Positions 49,601-61,963 are shown, numbered from the stretch's first letter. The stretch is 64,000 nucleotides of DNA from Octopus sinensis (GCF_006345805.1 NC_043002.1:111166001-111230000), one strand, 5' to 3'. Numbers and translations: made by a program. Notes: generated from the sequence alone by a model not told the origin.

Positions 49601-50136
49601 TGACAGGCTTTACCATCCATACATACAGGCATATCCTTTATGTATTTACCACCACACTCCCTCTCTCAGAGTTCCTTGTCTTGCGATCTCATTGGTGCTG
49701 TCATGGAATGCAAATGTGAAATGATGATGATTGAACATTCTAATAAAGAATTTTTTGTTCTGCTTGGTTGCCTTTTCTAATTTGACATGTAAAATACTTG
49801 CCTCTAGTCTAAATACAAATTTTAACATTCTCATTTTACCCAATGCTGATTTATTAAAGAAATAGAGACAAAGATTCCTCTTATTTCAATTTAGAGTTAG
49901 CCTCTGATAATTTCATGTCAGAACTTAGATATCTCTGGTATCAGAACACTTCAGCAAAAATGGGAGTATGTAAGTTTGAAACATTATTTTCAGTATTTTT
50001 CAATTTAATTTTCCTCCCGAAATAAAACTCATTGAAATAATTAGGTTAAGGATTTTAGTTACTGTTTGCCACTCAATGAAATGTTACAGTTTGTATTGTT
50101 TGTTGAGTATAGAAAAAAGTATAGAAAAAGTTCGTA

Positions 50137-50299
50137 GGCGCAGGAGTGGCTGTGTGGTAAGTAGCTTGCTAACCAACTACATGGTTCCGGGTTCAGTCCC
50201 ACTGCGTGGAATCTTGGGCAAGTGTCTTCTGCTATAGCCCCGGGCTGACCAATGCCTTGTGAGTAGATTTGGTAGACGGAAACTGAAAGAAGCCTGTCG

Positions 50300-50330
<31 letters not shown>

Positions 50331-50532
50331 CTGTGTTTGTTCCCCTAGCATTGCTTGACAACCGATGCTGGTGTGTTTACGTCCCCCGTAACTTAGCGGT
50401 TCGGCAAAAAGAGACCGATAGAATAAGTACTGGGCTTACAAAAAGAATAAGTCCCGGGGTCGAGTTGCTTGACTAAAGGTGGTGCTCCAGCATGGCCGCA
50501 GTCAAATGACTGAAACAAGTAAAAGAGTAAAG
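50137..50532 (+). mobile_element. SINE family B
   Basis: Full-length consensus match. Confidence 0.92.
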
Positions 50533-51171
50533 AAAAACTTATTTTCAGATTTTAAAATTTTTTTGCTAAATGTGAAAATTTCATTCTTTTTCTAGATAAA
50601 ACACATGCTTCTCACTTGCCATTCTCTTGATAAAGTTAGGCCCATTTTTAATCAGTTTATGGTGTCTGTTTACTCAGCTTTCCCCATCTATTTTCAACCT
50701 TTTGGCTATTAGTATGATCATGTGTTGATATGTGGCTGGATATCACTATTGACAGTACAGTCAGTAGATGAGGCAGTCCAAGAAATGACATTGAAAGCTA
50801 AGACTGGTTTATAGGCAAGATTAAAGGAGAATACTGTATTTCTTCCCTCAAGGGAGATATGACAGTGGTGTTGGCTGATATATATCCCCCAGTCTCACCC
50901 AGTTAACTGTCAAACACTAGCCTGAAATGTTTATATTTACAGTATCTTAGTTAAACAACTCTAAACATTTGCATCTTCATTTCAAATTCTAGATGACTGT
51001 TTTTCCTCTCTTAAGTAATGTTACCAGGAAAAATAAATAGCTTTCACCATCTATTCCACTTTTTGGATAAAGTCACATTGTAGCTTGTTTGATTCAACCT
51101 AAGAATTTGAAACAAATTTCTGTTATATTAATTGGGCATGGTTTTATTTATGGTTAATCTGATGACTTGTA

Positions 51172-51563
51172 GTGGAGGCGCAATGGCCCAGTGGTTAGGG
51201 CAGCGGACTCGCGGTCATAGGATCGCGGTTTCGATTCCCAGACCGGGCGTTGTGAGTGTTTATTGAGCGAAAACACCTAAAAGCTCCACGAGGCTCCAGC
51301 GGGGGATGGTGGTGATCCCTGCTGTACTCTTTCACCACAACTTTCTCTCACTCTTACTTCCTGTTTCTGATGTACCTGTATTTCAAAGGGCCGGCCTTGT
51401 CACTCTCTGTGTCACGCTGAATATCCCCGAGAACTACGTTAAGGGTACACGTGTCTGTGGAGTGCTCAGCCACTTATACGTTAATTTCACGAGCAGGCTG
51501 TTCTGTTGATTTGGATCAACCGGAACCCTCATCGTCGTAACCGACGGAGTGCTTCTATCTATA
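51172..51563 (+). mobile_element. SINE OR-long
   Basis: 17-bp TSD TAATCTGATGACTTGTA at 51155-51171/51564-51580. Confidence 0.93.
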
Positions 51564-52027
51564 TAATCTGATGACTTGTACAATTTATCCACCTGTATCC
51601 CTTTACCAACTTGAGTATTATGTCACTAATCTAATTGGGATTTATCACAGATTAAAGTTGTCACAGGGACCTGGTAGGGGTTTATTTGGGAAGACTGAAT
51701 GAAATGTATTAAGTTTAATTGAATGTGATAGAATGAGTAAAAGAATAGGATGAAATAGAGGGAGAAACAATACATGAGAGTCAGCCTAGTAAGAATTAGT
51801 GAGGTAGAGGGATGCTGGTGATACATGTTTTTAGATATGAGGAATTGGCTGGGATGATGTAGGAGTGTGAGTTTGATAGGATAGGGTGGGTGGAACATGA
51901 GTGAATAAGATGGAATGTGGTTCTAAGCAAGGGGTATGTGAATGAAACAAGAAAAAAGGTAGCGGCAGTATTAATATAACTTTAACATAATTTGCACTTT
52001 ACATGAATATGTGGTATTACACCTTAA

Positions 52028-52247
52028 CCCTTTCATTACCGTATTTATTTTGAGACGCTTTGTGTTTCTTTCAGTTACTTTAAATATAACAAAGAATTTA
52101 GTAAAATAACTTAGTTCTCATTAAGCTAGTGTTAGGAACATAAATTGTCATTAAGGTTTGGTGGAAGATTTTAATTCAAAACTTATGAAAACAATAAATT
52201 TGTACTCAGAGCCAGAGCCGGTTTCAGCCGGGTTAGTAACGAAAGGG
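52028..52247. mobile_element. piggyBac-type MITE P2 (reverse orientation)
   Basis: TTAA at 52024-52027 and 52248-52251; CCCTTT termini. Confidence 0.9.
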
Positions 52248-52483
52248 TTAAAGAACATAGAGCTTTTAATTGTTAGCAAGATTCATTAAAGCAAATTAAA
52301 ACACTGAGAATATTGCTAGTATTTTCCTTTGTTTTGAACCAAATTAAAATGGCTGTATTATGTGAATTACATACTACAATGTGAATACAAACTTCAGAAT
52401 CTGAGCAAAATATAAAAGATGGAGAGAAAACGCTTTATTTGTTCTCATTATTTCAATTGTTAAAAAAAACGTAAAAGCATATA

Positions 52484-52854
52484 CTTTTTTACTTGTTTCA
52501 GTCATTTGACTGCGGCCATGCTGGAGCACCGCCTTTAGTCGAGCAACTCGACCCCGGGACTTATTCTTTGTAAGCCCAGTATTCTATCGGTCTCTTTTGC
52601 CGAACCGCTAAGTGACGGGGACGTAAACACACCAGCATCGGTTGTCAAGCAATGCTAGGGGGACAAACACACACACATATATATATACATATATACAACG
52701 GGCTTTTTTCAGTTTCCGTCTACCAAATCCACTCACAATTGGTCAGCCCGAGGCTATAGTAGAAGACACTTGCCCAAGGTGCCACGCAGTGGGACTGAAC
52801 CCGGAACCATGTGGTTGGTAAGCAAGCTACTTACCACACAGCCACTCCTGCGCC
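52484..52854 (-). mobile_element. SINE family B
   Basis: Consensus match. Confidence 0.92.
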
Positions 52855-53639
52855 TATGTAGCAAACATTGGTTTTAATTTATCAATTTTTAATGATGTTC
52901 CATCAGTTGCTTGTATGATGTTGGGTAACATAACAGCCATGTAGATGCTTCACCATAGAGAATAAAATGTATATAAATCTGTAAAGAAATCTGATGTCAT
53001 TTTTTAAATCTTACCACTGATTACCAAAATGTGAGAAAACACCATTAAGTTATGATTAATGTGGATAGAAAAAGATTACAAATTTTCTTTTTCTTATCAC
53101 ACCTACTCACCATATTTAATGATCTTCTTCACCTTCCCATTTTAATACTTAGTTTTTTTTTTTAAATGCTGTTTACAAATAAGAATCTATATAACAGTAA
53201 GTAAATAAAGTGATAGATTATTGGTTGAAATTGAGGTTTGAATTTTTGCTTCTTAATCTTTCACTGAAGTGGGCTTGAAATCACCATTTTACATTTACTT
53301 TCCATTGCTGACTTGGTCTGGATGAAGCAACAGTGTCCAAGTCAGTTCTTATTTGCACTTGTTGCTCTCCAAGATGAGTTGGAGACATTGCATTTTTTTT
53401 GTTTTTATGTGACTTCTATGCCTGGATATCCTACTATCTTTATAGTTACAATAAGAACAGTAAATATAGTCGGGCTAATATGTTAAGCTAGTTATTTGAG
53501 TTGTAGCCCTGGGTCGAAGATGACCTTGAATCAGAAGCTTCCCGCAGTGATCATTTCATATTTATTTTCAAGCACAGACTACATTATCCAAATGTCTTTT
53601 CCCATTTTTTAAGACAAATGTGATATTTTTGCTAATATT

Positions 53640-53995
53640 AACCATCCGCTCATGTCCGTTGCCAGCCTCGCCTGGCCCCCGTACCAGTGGCACGTAAAAG
53701 CACCATCCGATCGTGGCTGTTGCCAGCCTCGCCTGTCCCCCGTGCCGGTGGCACGTAAAAAGCACCATCCGTCCGTGGCCGTTTGCCAGCTCCGTCTGGC
53801 ACCTGTGCGGGTGGCACGTAAAAAGCACCCACTACACTTGCGGAGTGGTTGGCGTTAGGAAGGGCATCCAGCCGAAGAAACACTGCCAGATCAGACTGGG
53901 CCTGGTGCAGCCTTCTGGCTTCACAGACCCCAGTTGAACCGTCCAACCCATGCTAGCATGGAAAGCGGACGCTAACTGATGATGATGATGATGAT
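53640..53995 (+). mobile_element. RTE 3'-end fragment
   Basis: Sub-repeats, conserved 3' end and (GAT)n. Confidence 0.9.
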
Positions 53996-54245
53996 TAACA
54001 AATATGTTGAGGCTCCTTCTTTGATTCAAAATTCTTAAGTTTGTGTAGTTTACTATATTACTGTCTTGAGTCCATGTTAACTTTGCCTTAACTTTGCCTT
54101 TCATTAATTCCATAATAATTAACAATGATGCAATAAAAGTCTACTTAATCTCCTTTACCTTCTTCTTCTTTTATAAAACACAGATGAGGGAAATAAATGT
54201 CATTCTGTTCATAAATTTGGTCTCATCACACTAATTCTCTTTCAG

Positions 54246-54398
54246 GTATCAGTTGCTTGATCATCTGGAGGAAGATCGCAAAGTGATGATATTAAATCAT
54301 CTAGGATTTATCCAATGCCCTTCAAAGGAAAGATGTTATTTCCGAGAACAGTGTGTGGAAGCAATGGCACAGAAAATTCTCAGTCACAGGCCAGCGAG
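54246..54398 (+). CDS. RhoGAPp190: p190 RhoGAP coding exon (end of last FF domain and Cys-containing linker)
   Basis: TTCAG acceptor ends 54245; donor AG|GTAACC. RYQLLDHLEEDRKVMILNHLGFIQCPSKERCYFREQCVEAMAQKILSHRPA parallels vertebrate RFKAL..[21 protein letters not shown]..C. Absent from the ORF track (too short). 153 nt, phase 2-2. Confidence 0.92.
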
Positions 54399-54516
54399 GT
54401 AACCAATGTTCTTTAGTGGATAATACATCGGACTCCACCCTTTTGCTTACTTACCTAATATATGTTCACCCATTAAAATAGATGATGATTTAACAAAATC
54501 TTTTTCAGCTTCAGAG

Positions 54517-54554
<38 letters not shown>

Positions 54555-54597
54555 CCCCTCCCTCCCTCCCTCACCCCCCTCTCTCTCTCTCTCTCTC
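54517..54597. repeat. (CT)n/(CCCT)n polypyrimidine microsatellite
   Basis: Direct reading. Confidence 0.95.
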
Positions 54598-54630
54598 AAA
54601 AGTATATCATGAAAATATGCAAGTTTAATA

Positions 54631-55812
54631 TCAGGTCATCCCATAAATTCTGTCTGAATTTTGAATAAAGAAAACAAGTGATCAAATGTTATATTTAATT
54701 GAAATTTAATCATCAATGTACTTTCCCTGATTATCTATGACTTCCTTCCATCTATTTACAAGCTTTTTAATCCCAACTCTTTTGGTTCCAAAGCAAAGAA
54801 CCCTGAAATGTCAGTTTCAACCTCCTCCTGGTTTGTGAAAGTGTCCCCCAAATGATTCTGTAAACTATGAAGCAAATGGTAGTCTGAAGGAGCAAGTTCG
54901 GGAGAATAAGGTGGATGAGGAATTTTTTCCCAACCAAGCTCTTCAATCTTCTGTGATGTGATCTTTGCAGTGTGGTGTCGTGCATTGTCCTGATGAAACG
55001 TCACTCCTTTTCGATTCACTAAAGCAGGTCTTTTTTTCTTCAAAGCTTGGTTCAAACGCTCTAATTGCTAACAGTAGACTTGAGCATTGATTGTTGCATT
55101 AGGTGGCAACAATTCAAAATGAATTATTCCTTTGCTATCCCACCAGATAGAGAGAAGAATCTTTTTCCCATGAAGTTCCCTTCTTGGTTGTGGTTGAGCT
55201 TTTACCAAGCCACTGTTTACAATGTTTAACATTTCGATAGAAGATCCATTTTTCGTCATCAGTCACAAGTCTATCCACAAAGGGTGAAATGAGTTCATGA
55301 GAATGGAGAGAAGAGCAGATGTCAACTCGGGATTTGCAGTTGCTTTCGGACAATTCATGAGGCACCCATTTTCAAAGTTGTTGAAGATGATGATGAACAG
55401 TTGTATGGTTTGAACTAAGCTTTATTGCCATTTCTTCAACTGATAATGCAGGATTTTCTTCAAGTAATGCCTCAAGGAGCTTATCATCAAACTCAACTGT
55501 ACGTCCTGTTTGATCTTCATCTTCAAGGCTGAAATCTCCACTTTCGAATTTTGCAAACCATCTTCTGCAAGTTCTTTCATTCAAGCATTCTTTCACATAA
55601 ACTGAGTGTATGTTTCAAGTCACTTCGGCTGCAGTTTCCTTTTTTGTACTCATAAAGCATTATGTACCTTAAATGTTCTTTGGATACTTCCATGTTAGAA
55701 AGAGTTTTAATCAAAGAAATTTTAATTCAATTATTCTGTAAAATAATATTTAATTAGTTTAAATGTACACAAATGCATAAAAATAATTTTTAATTCCATT
55801 AGACAGATTTAG
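54631..55812 (-). pseudogene. Decayed mariner transposon; frameshifted transposase ~54760-55693
   Basis: MEVSKEHLRYIMLYEYKKG..; ERTCRRWFAKFESGDFSLED; LVTDDEKWIFY; LSIWWDSKGIIHFELL; FHQDNARHH; PHPPYSPELAPSDYHL are hallmark mariner motifs. TA|TCAGGTCATCCCATAAATTC candidate TIR at 54631; the other TIR is degenerate. Confidence 0.93.
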
Positions 55813-56243
55813 TTTATCATTGTTTCATATGTTCTGAGTAATATAAAACTTTCCTTTCATATTTCCAAATTACTCTGGTGATTGAAAAAAATTTGGAATT
55901 TGTAGCATGTTTATATATAGGACAGATAAAGGATTAAATTCAACTGTAAGATTCCAAGTTGAGTGTGCTGTAAAACAGACCATTATCTTTTCATTATTGA
56001 ATCTATCTTTTATTTTAAGAAAAACTTATGCTATGTTTGCAGTTGTTACTTGTTTTTCTTTTCTAATAAATAACTGTATTCTTTTAAAGAGTTATATCAG
56101 AGAAAGAAAACTATATCAAAGAAAACTAATTAATCTACAACTAACCAAATCCATTCAAAAGTTTATCATTTTAGAACATTTTGAATTAGAACACTAGATA
56201 ATACAGTTCTAAATGTAAATAATGTATAACACTAGAGTTTTAA

Positions 56244-56464
56244 CCCTTTCGTTACCAACCCGGCCAAAACTGGCTCTGGCTCTATAGTACAAATGTCTTG
56301 TTTTCATAAGTTCTGAATTAAAATCTTCCACCAAACCTTAGTTGCAATTTATGTTCCTAACACTAGCTGAATGATAATGAAGTTATTTTACAAAATTCTT
56401 TGTTATATTTGAAGTAATTGAAAGATACACAGAGCATCTCAAAATAAATACAGTAACAAAAGGG
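56244..56464. mobile_element. piggyBac-type MITE P2
   Basis: TTAA at 56240-56243 and 56465-56468; 221 bp. Confidence 0.92.
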
Positions 56465-56907
56465 TTAAACAATTTTCTATGTATTTTGTGTGACTGGTTG
56501 TTTTACTTACTAATTTCATTGTTTTTCTTTTTCATTGGTCGTTTCAGTTACACCTTTCTCTGTATAGGAAATTTGTTGTTATCTATGTTTTTTTTTGTGT
56601 GTGTATTTTATTTTTATGTTTAATACAAGTATCTTGGCTGGAAAACCTTGTCTTAATCCGCTGTGCCATTTACAAATTGTTCTAAAATTAGCTAAATGTT
56701 CCTGCCTCTGTTTTGGGAAATAAAACTGCTGTTAAGTAAGAACATTAAATTAATATGGTTCACTTGAAATAGCAAAAAAGCCTTCAGGAGACTGATCAAC
56801 ATACAAATTATAAATCTATTTACAACTGCGAAGAAAACAGTTAATTTATGTAATCAAAGTATAGAACCATTGAATTTTATATATACTGAGCATCTTTAAC
56901 TTTGCTA

Positions 56908-57238
56908 ACTTGGCTTCTGTGCCGGTGGCACATAAAAAGCACCATCCGAACGTGGCCGATGCCAGCGCCGCCTTGGCTAGCTTCCATGCGGTGGCACGTT
57001 AAAAGCACCAATCGATCGTGGCCGATGCCAGACTCCACTGGCACCTGTGCGGGTGGCACATAAAAAGCACCCACTACACTCGCGGAGTGGCTGGCGTTAG
57101 GAAGGGCATCCAGCTGTAGAAACACTGCCAGATCAGACTGGAGCCTGGTGCAGCCCCTGGCTTCCCAGACCCCAGTTGAACCGTCCAACCTGTGCTAGTG
57201 CGGAAAACGGACGTTAAACGATGATGATGATGATGATG
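56908..57238 (+). mobile_element. RTE 3'-end fragment
   Basis: Sub-repeats, conserved 3' end and (GAT)n. Confidence 0.9.
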
Positions 57239-57605
57239 TTTGAGTTTTTGTAGGACTGTTTAATCTGCAAGAATCAATATTCTCATGTCAATATTTATGG
57301 CTTCTTTAATTTTTAATTTTTTAGATGAGTACTAAATGGTCTCTAAGCCAACAATTAATAGCACATTGTAACATTAATACTTTAGGATTTAATTTAATGC
57401 TGGTGCATTGAATTTAAAACTGCAGAAATTAGCAATTAAAATAGAATTTCAATTGCCAGTGCTGAGCCCATCAAAGTTTATTCACTCAATAAGTTCATTA
57501 TTGAAGGGAAACATCTTTCCTTGCCTTTCTTCAGTATTATTATTGGGTTTTATTAAACTAAGCATTTCGTTGTTCATATTTCATGTTTTCTATTTCTAAT
57601 CATGT

Positions 57606-57898
57606 GGAGGCGCAATGGCCCAGTGGTTAGTGGTTAGGACTCGCGGTCGCAGGATCGCGGTTTCGATTCCCAGACCGGGCGTTGTGTGTGTTTATTGAGC
57701 GAAAACACCTAAAAGCTCCATGAGGCTCCAGCAAGGGGTGGTGATCCCTGCTGTACTCTTTCACCACTCTTTCTTCTGTTGGCCTGCTCGCTTAGCCAGT
57801 GGGGTGGCGTCATTCGAAGGCTAAAACAATGCAAATGCATTGTGACCAGCGATGTGTAACAACATCTGATGGTCTGGTCGGTCACATGATGATGATGA
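57606..57898 (+). mobile_element. SINE OR-short with (GAT)n tail
   Basis: 13-bp TSD TTTCTAATCATGT at 57593-57605/57899-57911; ends ~70 bp before exon 57972. Confidence 0.92.
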
Positions 57899-57971
57899 TT
57901 TCTAATCATGTATTTAAGTAGTGAGGTAAAACATGACATTTTTATGATATTTTTTTTTTTATATATTTCAG

Positions 57972-58080
57972 GCCTGATATTTCAGAAAGTGCTGCTGCTC
58001 TCAAGGGCATCGAACAACCTTTCTATCTGGTTCTTTTAGGAAAGGATGGACTAGCATCTAATATCAATCAGGAAATCAGG
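57972..58080 (+). CDS. RhoGAPp190: p190 RhoGAP coding exon (start of pseudoGTPase pG1)
   Basis: T-rich tract and TTCAG end 57971; donor AGG|GTAAGT. PDISESAAALKGIEQPFYLVLLGKDGLASNINQEIR contains the p190 LVILGKDGLA...EIR motif. 109 nt, phase 2-0. Confidence 0.94.
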
Positions 58081-58353
58081 GTAAGTCATTGCATCCCCCA
58101 CCCCCAACTCCTCACTTTTCTGTTATACTGCATATGAATGGGAAGATCACATGTTTTGTTTGTTGTGTGTGTGTGTGTGTACACAATAAAATGTTATTGA
58201 GTTACTAATTTAAGTTGGTTAAAATATATCTGTAGTGTGGAAGGCAGCGAAGGCTTCACTAGCTGTTCTTATTTGTTTTTGTTGTTGTTGTTTTTTTTAC
58301 CTTATAGAATTTTGACATTTTACAATTTAGGAGTTAAAAGAAGGTCCTTTTAA

Positions 58354-58623
58354 CCCTTTCGTTACCAACCCGGTCAAAACCGGCTCTGGCTCTGTGGTAA
58401 AATGTCTTGTTTTCATAAATTTTGAATTAAAATATTCCACCAAGCCTTAGTCTCAATTTATGTTCCTAATACCAGCTTAATGATAACTAAGTTATTTTAC
58501 TAAATTATTTGTTATCATCATCATCATCATCGTTTGATGATGATGATAACAAATATTATATTTATATTTAAAATAATTGAAAGAAACACAGAGCATCTCA
58601 ACAGAAATACAGTAACGAAAGGG
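58354..58623. mobile_element. piggyBac-type MITE P2 with internal fold-back insertion
   Basis: TTAA at 58350-58353 and 58624-58627; ~50 bp longer than sister copies. Confidence 0.9.
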
Positions 58624-58798
58624 TTAAAGCTTGTGAGGAGTTTTGAATGTAATGCTTTCATTATAGTGATAAAAGAACTATTTATGTGGAGAGTGTAGGT
58701 GCTAGAAATGGATGTGTAATTATTTCATAACTATTTTGTAGAACTTAAAATGTCTTTACTTACTAAGGAATGTTTCAAGTATGGGCTAAATCATTCAA

Positions 58799-59077
58799 GT
58801 GTGGCACGTAAAAAGCACCATCCAATCGTGGCCGTTGCCAGCCTCGCCTGGCCCCGTGCTGGTGGCACGTAAAAAGCACCATCCGTCTGGCACCTGTGCA
58901 CATAAAAAGCACCCACTACACTCACGGAGTGGTTGGCGTTAGGAAGGGCATCCAGCCGTAGAAACACTGCCAGATCAGACTGGGCCTGATGCAGCCTTCT
59001 GGCTTCACAGACCCCAGTTGAACCGTCCAACCCATGCCAGCATGGAAGGCGGACGCTAAATGATGATGATGATGATG
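58799..59077 (+). mobile_element. RTE 3'-end fragment
   Basis: Sub-repeats, conserved 3' end and (GAT)n. Confidence 0.9.
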
Positions 59078-59418
59078 TACTATGACCAAACACAGAGAAT
59101 TTATATCTATTGCAAAGGTATCCCGTAATGCATCTAGATCAGCTGTTTTCAATTAAGGCATTCTACAATGCATTTAGATCAGAAGTAGCGGTTTGTAACG
59201 TTCACTAGTGCTTTAAAGATTTAGCCTTTCCAATACTTTCCAGAAGCCTTTTGAGCCTGACATGGTATAGAGCTTGAAACTGGAATATCCTGATAGAATT
59301 TAATTCCTTTTGACACCAACTGCAGCATAGTTAAGTTGAGCTCCCATGTTGATTTCTTAATCTCATTAAATAGCATGGCTCACTAGACCATTAAGCTGAG
59401 TCACATAGCACAGTTATA

Positions 59419-59812
59419 GGCGCAGGAGTGGCTGTGTGGTAAGTAGCTTGCTTACCAACCACATGGTTTCGGGTTCAGTCCCACTGCGTGGCACCCTGGG
59501 CAAGTGTCTTCTACTATAGCCTCGGGCTGACCAAAGCCTTGTGAGTGGATTTGGTAGATGGAAACTGAAAGAAGCCCGTCGTATATATGTATATATATGC
59601 GTTTGTGTGTCTGTGTTTGTCCCCCTAGCATTGCTTGACAACCGATGCTGGTGTGTTTATGTCCCCGTTACTTAGCAGTTCGGCAAAAGAGACCGATAGA
59701 ATAAGTACTGGGCTTACAAAAGAATAAGTCCCGGGGCCGATTTGCTTGATTAAAGGCGGTGCTCCAGCATGGCTGCAGTCAAATGACTGAAACAAGTAAA
59801 GGAGTAAAAGAG
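59419..59812 (+). mobile_element. SINE family B
   Basis: Full-length consensus match. Confidence 0.92.
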
Positions 59813-61089
59813 CACAGTATGTCTGTCCAAACTTCACACAAGCTTATTATTTATTATAAGATGTGCTTATTGAAGAGTAGGCTATATTTATTGTAGAAGC
59901 TAGTTGCACTTGTCATAGAAAACAGTTGCATTCGTCGTAGAAGCTAGCTTCACTCACATATATGTCAGCTGCACTTGTAGAAATAAGTTTCACTCATCAT
60001 AGAGGCCATCTACATTTGTCACAGAAGTCATTTTTTTTTTTTTTCATTAAATTTCTTTTGATAATACAAAATAGGAATAATTAAGAATTCTTTTGTTATT
60101 TGTTTTTCAAGTATTAATTGCGGGAAGTGAAAGTTTATATTTTGATATATTTAAAATTCTTCATTCAAAACCCCAAATTCTGACCTTTGGATAGCTTGAA
60201 TCAATTGAATGGATTTCTGATTTTGAGGAAAATGATTAAATACACGCATTTATCTAAGTGCTGTTTAAATTTTATATTTCTGAAACAAGATTATCAGAAA
60301 GCAGTTTTACAGATATGTTTCAGTCTAGTGTATTGGCACCATTAAACATTCTTTTATAATTGTTAAGGAATTAGTCTCTTTCTTTCAATACTATTAACAT
60401 TCCTTTATACAAATTATTATCTGAGCATTGTTTGTATAGTTCAGTAAAATGAAATATTTGCATTGTAACTTGCGAGAGCAAGTCTTTAACCGCACCATCA
60501 AGGGTGCCTCTAGATATTTGTTCAACTTGCTAGAAATATCAGTCTTATTTATATCAAATCATATCCTAACAGCTTACAAACAATGACACACTGGATAATG
60601 TAGCCTTAGGTCTCCTAAGGCTGAAAAAGGATGGTGGGATAGTCATGGCTGGAATAAATTTGATTATAGGTCTGCTGAATCAGGACAGACCTGAGGCTAA
60701 ACCAAGTGAAAGACAATGACTGCAGTGATGTGGGGAAGGTCATGTTGAGATCTTTGTATGTTGAAACATTTAGTTGGTCAATGTACGTGAGTGACAACTA
60801 CAAACATTCTAAATTTAAAATACTCAACACCCGGATCTTGAAAATGGATTCTTTATCCATTATTGTATTTATGGATGGGAGAAAAAGTGGTAGAACACCA
60901 GACTGCTTGATTTTCCATGTCTGTCTTCATTCCCAATGTTTTGAATTCAAATTCTGCCAGGGTTCTTTTTCATGTTTCCATCCTCTGGGATCCAATATTC
61001 CCCTAAAAATGTTTTGATCGTTTGTTAATGTAAGAATTTCTATGAATATTGTTCTAAACATACCGTTTAATGTTTTTTTATTGTTTCAG

Positions 61090-61213
61090 CATTTATGTGT
61101 AGAAGATGAATATAACTGTCAAGATATTTTGTTCAGTCTTGATTACCGTCCCATTGATGGTGATGTCACTCAAGAACAGCATGCATTTGTAACCCCTACC
61201 TTTAAACCACATG
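61090..61213 (+). CDS. RhoGAPp190: p190 RhoGAP coding exon (pG1)
   Basis: TTTCAG acceptor ends 61089; donor G|GTAAAT. HLCVEDEYNCQDILFSLDYRPIDGDVTQEQHAFVTPTFKPHG matches p190 LRPIEG...FQTPTFQPHG. 124 nt, phase 0-1. Confidence 0.93.
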
Positions 61214-61479
61214 GTAAATAGATTTTTTTATTTTTCTCTGGTAATAAAGCTGTTTGCATTTGCATTTGCATCAATAAAAATTCCAAGAGAGATAAAGTAT
61301 TAACCATCTACTTTTAGATCTTGAAGCTATAGAACTTGTTTTTGTTTTGGTTTTTGTAGAAGGAAAGAATAATTTACAATGAGATTCTTAGAAGTTTAAG
61401 TTTGTAATAAAAATCACCTTTAGCAAATGTTAAATTATTCAATTATCACTTTACTACTGCCTCACAGAAGCAATGGCTA

Positions 61480-61963
61480 GTGACAGAGACCTTTGGCATT
61501 GTGCTGAGTTTGAGAGGACCTGTGCTGGTGGCATGTAAAGAACACCTTTTTAGCGTTGGGCCTCACAGAGGCAAAGTGACTGAGTTCCTTTTGAGCGTTA
61601 GGCCTCACAGAGGCAAAGTGGTTGACTTCCTTTCGAGTGTTGGGCCCCATGGAGGCAATGACAGACTTTTGGCATTATGTTGTACTTGAGAAGACCTATC
61701 AAGCTGAGCAAAATCGCATTTGTGGCAAATACTGATCTCACACAAATTGGCAACCATGGCGGTGGTATGTAAAAGCACCCCAGTGTCACACAAATGGCAC
61801 GTAAAATCACCCATTACACTCTGAATTAGGAAGGGCATCCAGCCATAGAAAACTATGCTAAATCAGAATGGAGTCTGGTGCAGCCTTCCCAAATGCCAGC
61901 CTGGTCAAACCGTCCAACCCATGCCAGCATGGAAAATGGATGTTAAATGATGATGATGATGAT
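61480..61963 (+). mobile_element. Older RTE-type 3'-end element with its own sub-repeats
   Basis: TTAGGAAGGGCATCCAGCC..CCGTCCAACCCATGCCAGCATGG..(GAT)n; upstream GGGCCTCACAGAGGCAAAG repeats. Confidence 0.75.

Noticed and set aside
49426-49724. Y/I/V/C-rich ORFs
   Set aside because: Translation of a (TA)/(TG) microsatellite.
51626-51898. 90-aa minus-strand ORF, possible LINE relic
   Set aside because: Purine-rich degenerate sequence; no motif could be assigned with confidence.
574-59837. Recurrent ORFs such as MSSNARGTNTD..., MPRSGTEPGTMW..., MVVIPAVLFHH..., MLAWVGRF...
   Set aside because: These are chance frames through repeated SINE and RTE-UTR copies, with frame varying between copies and no protein motifs.
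60602-60622. AGCCTTAGG-TCT-CCTAAGGCT hairpin next to an A-run, like an intrinsic terminator
   Set aside because: Eukaryotic intron context, within a decayed repeat; no basis for a terminator call.
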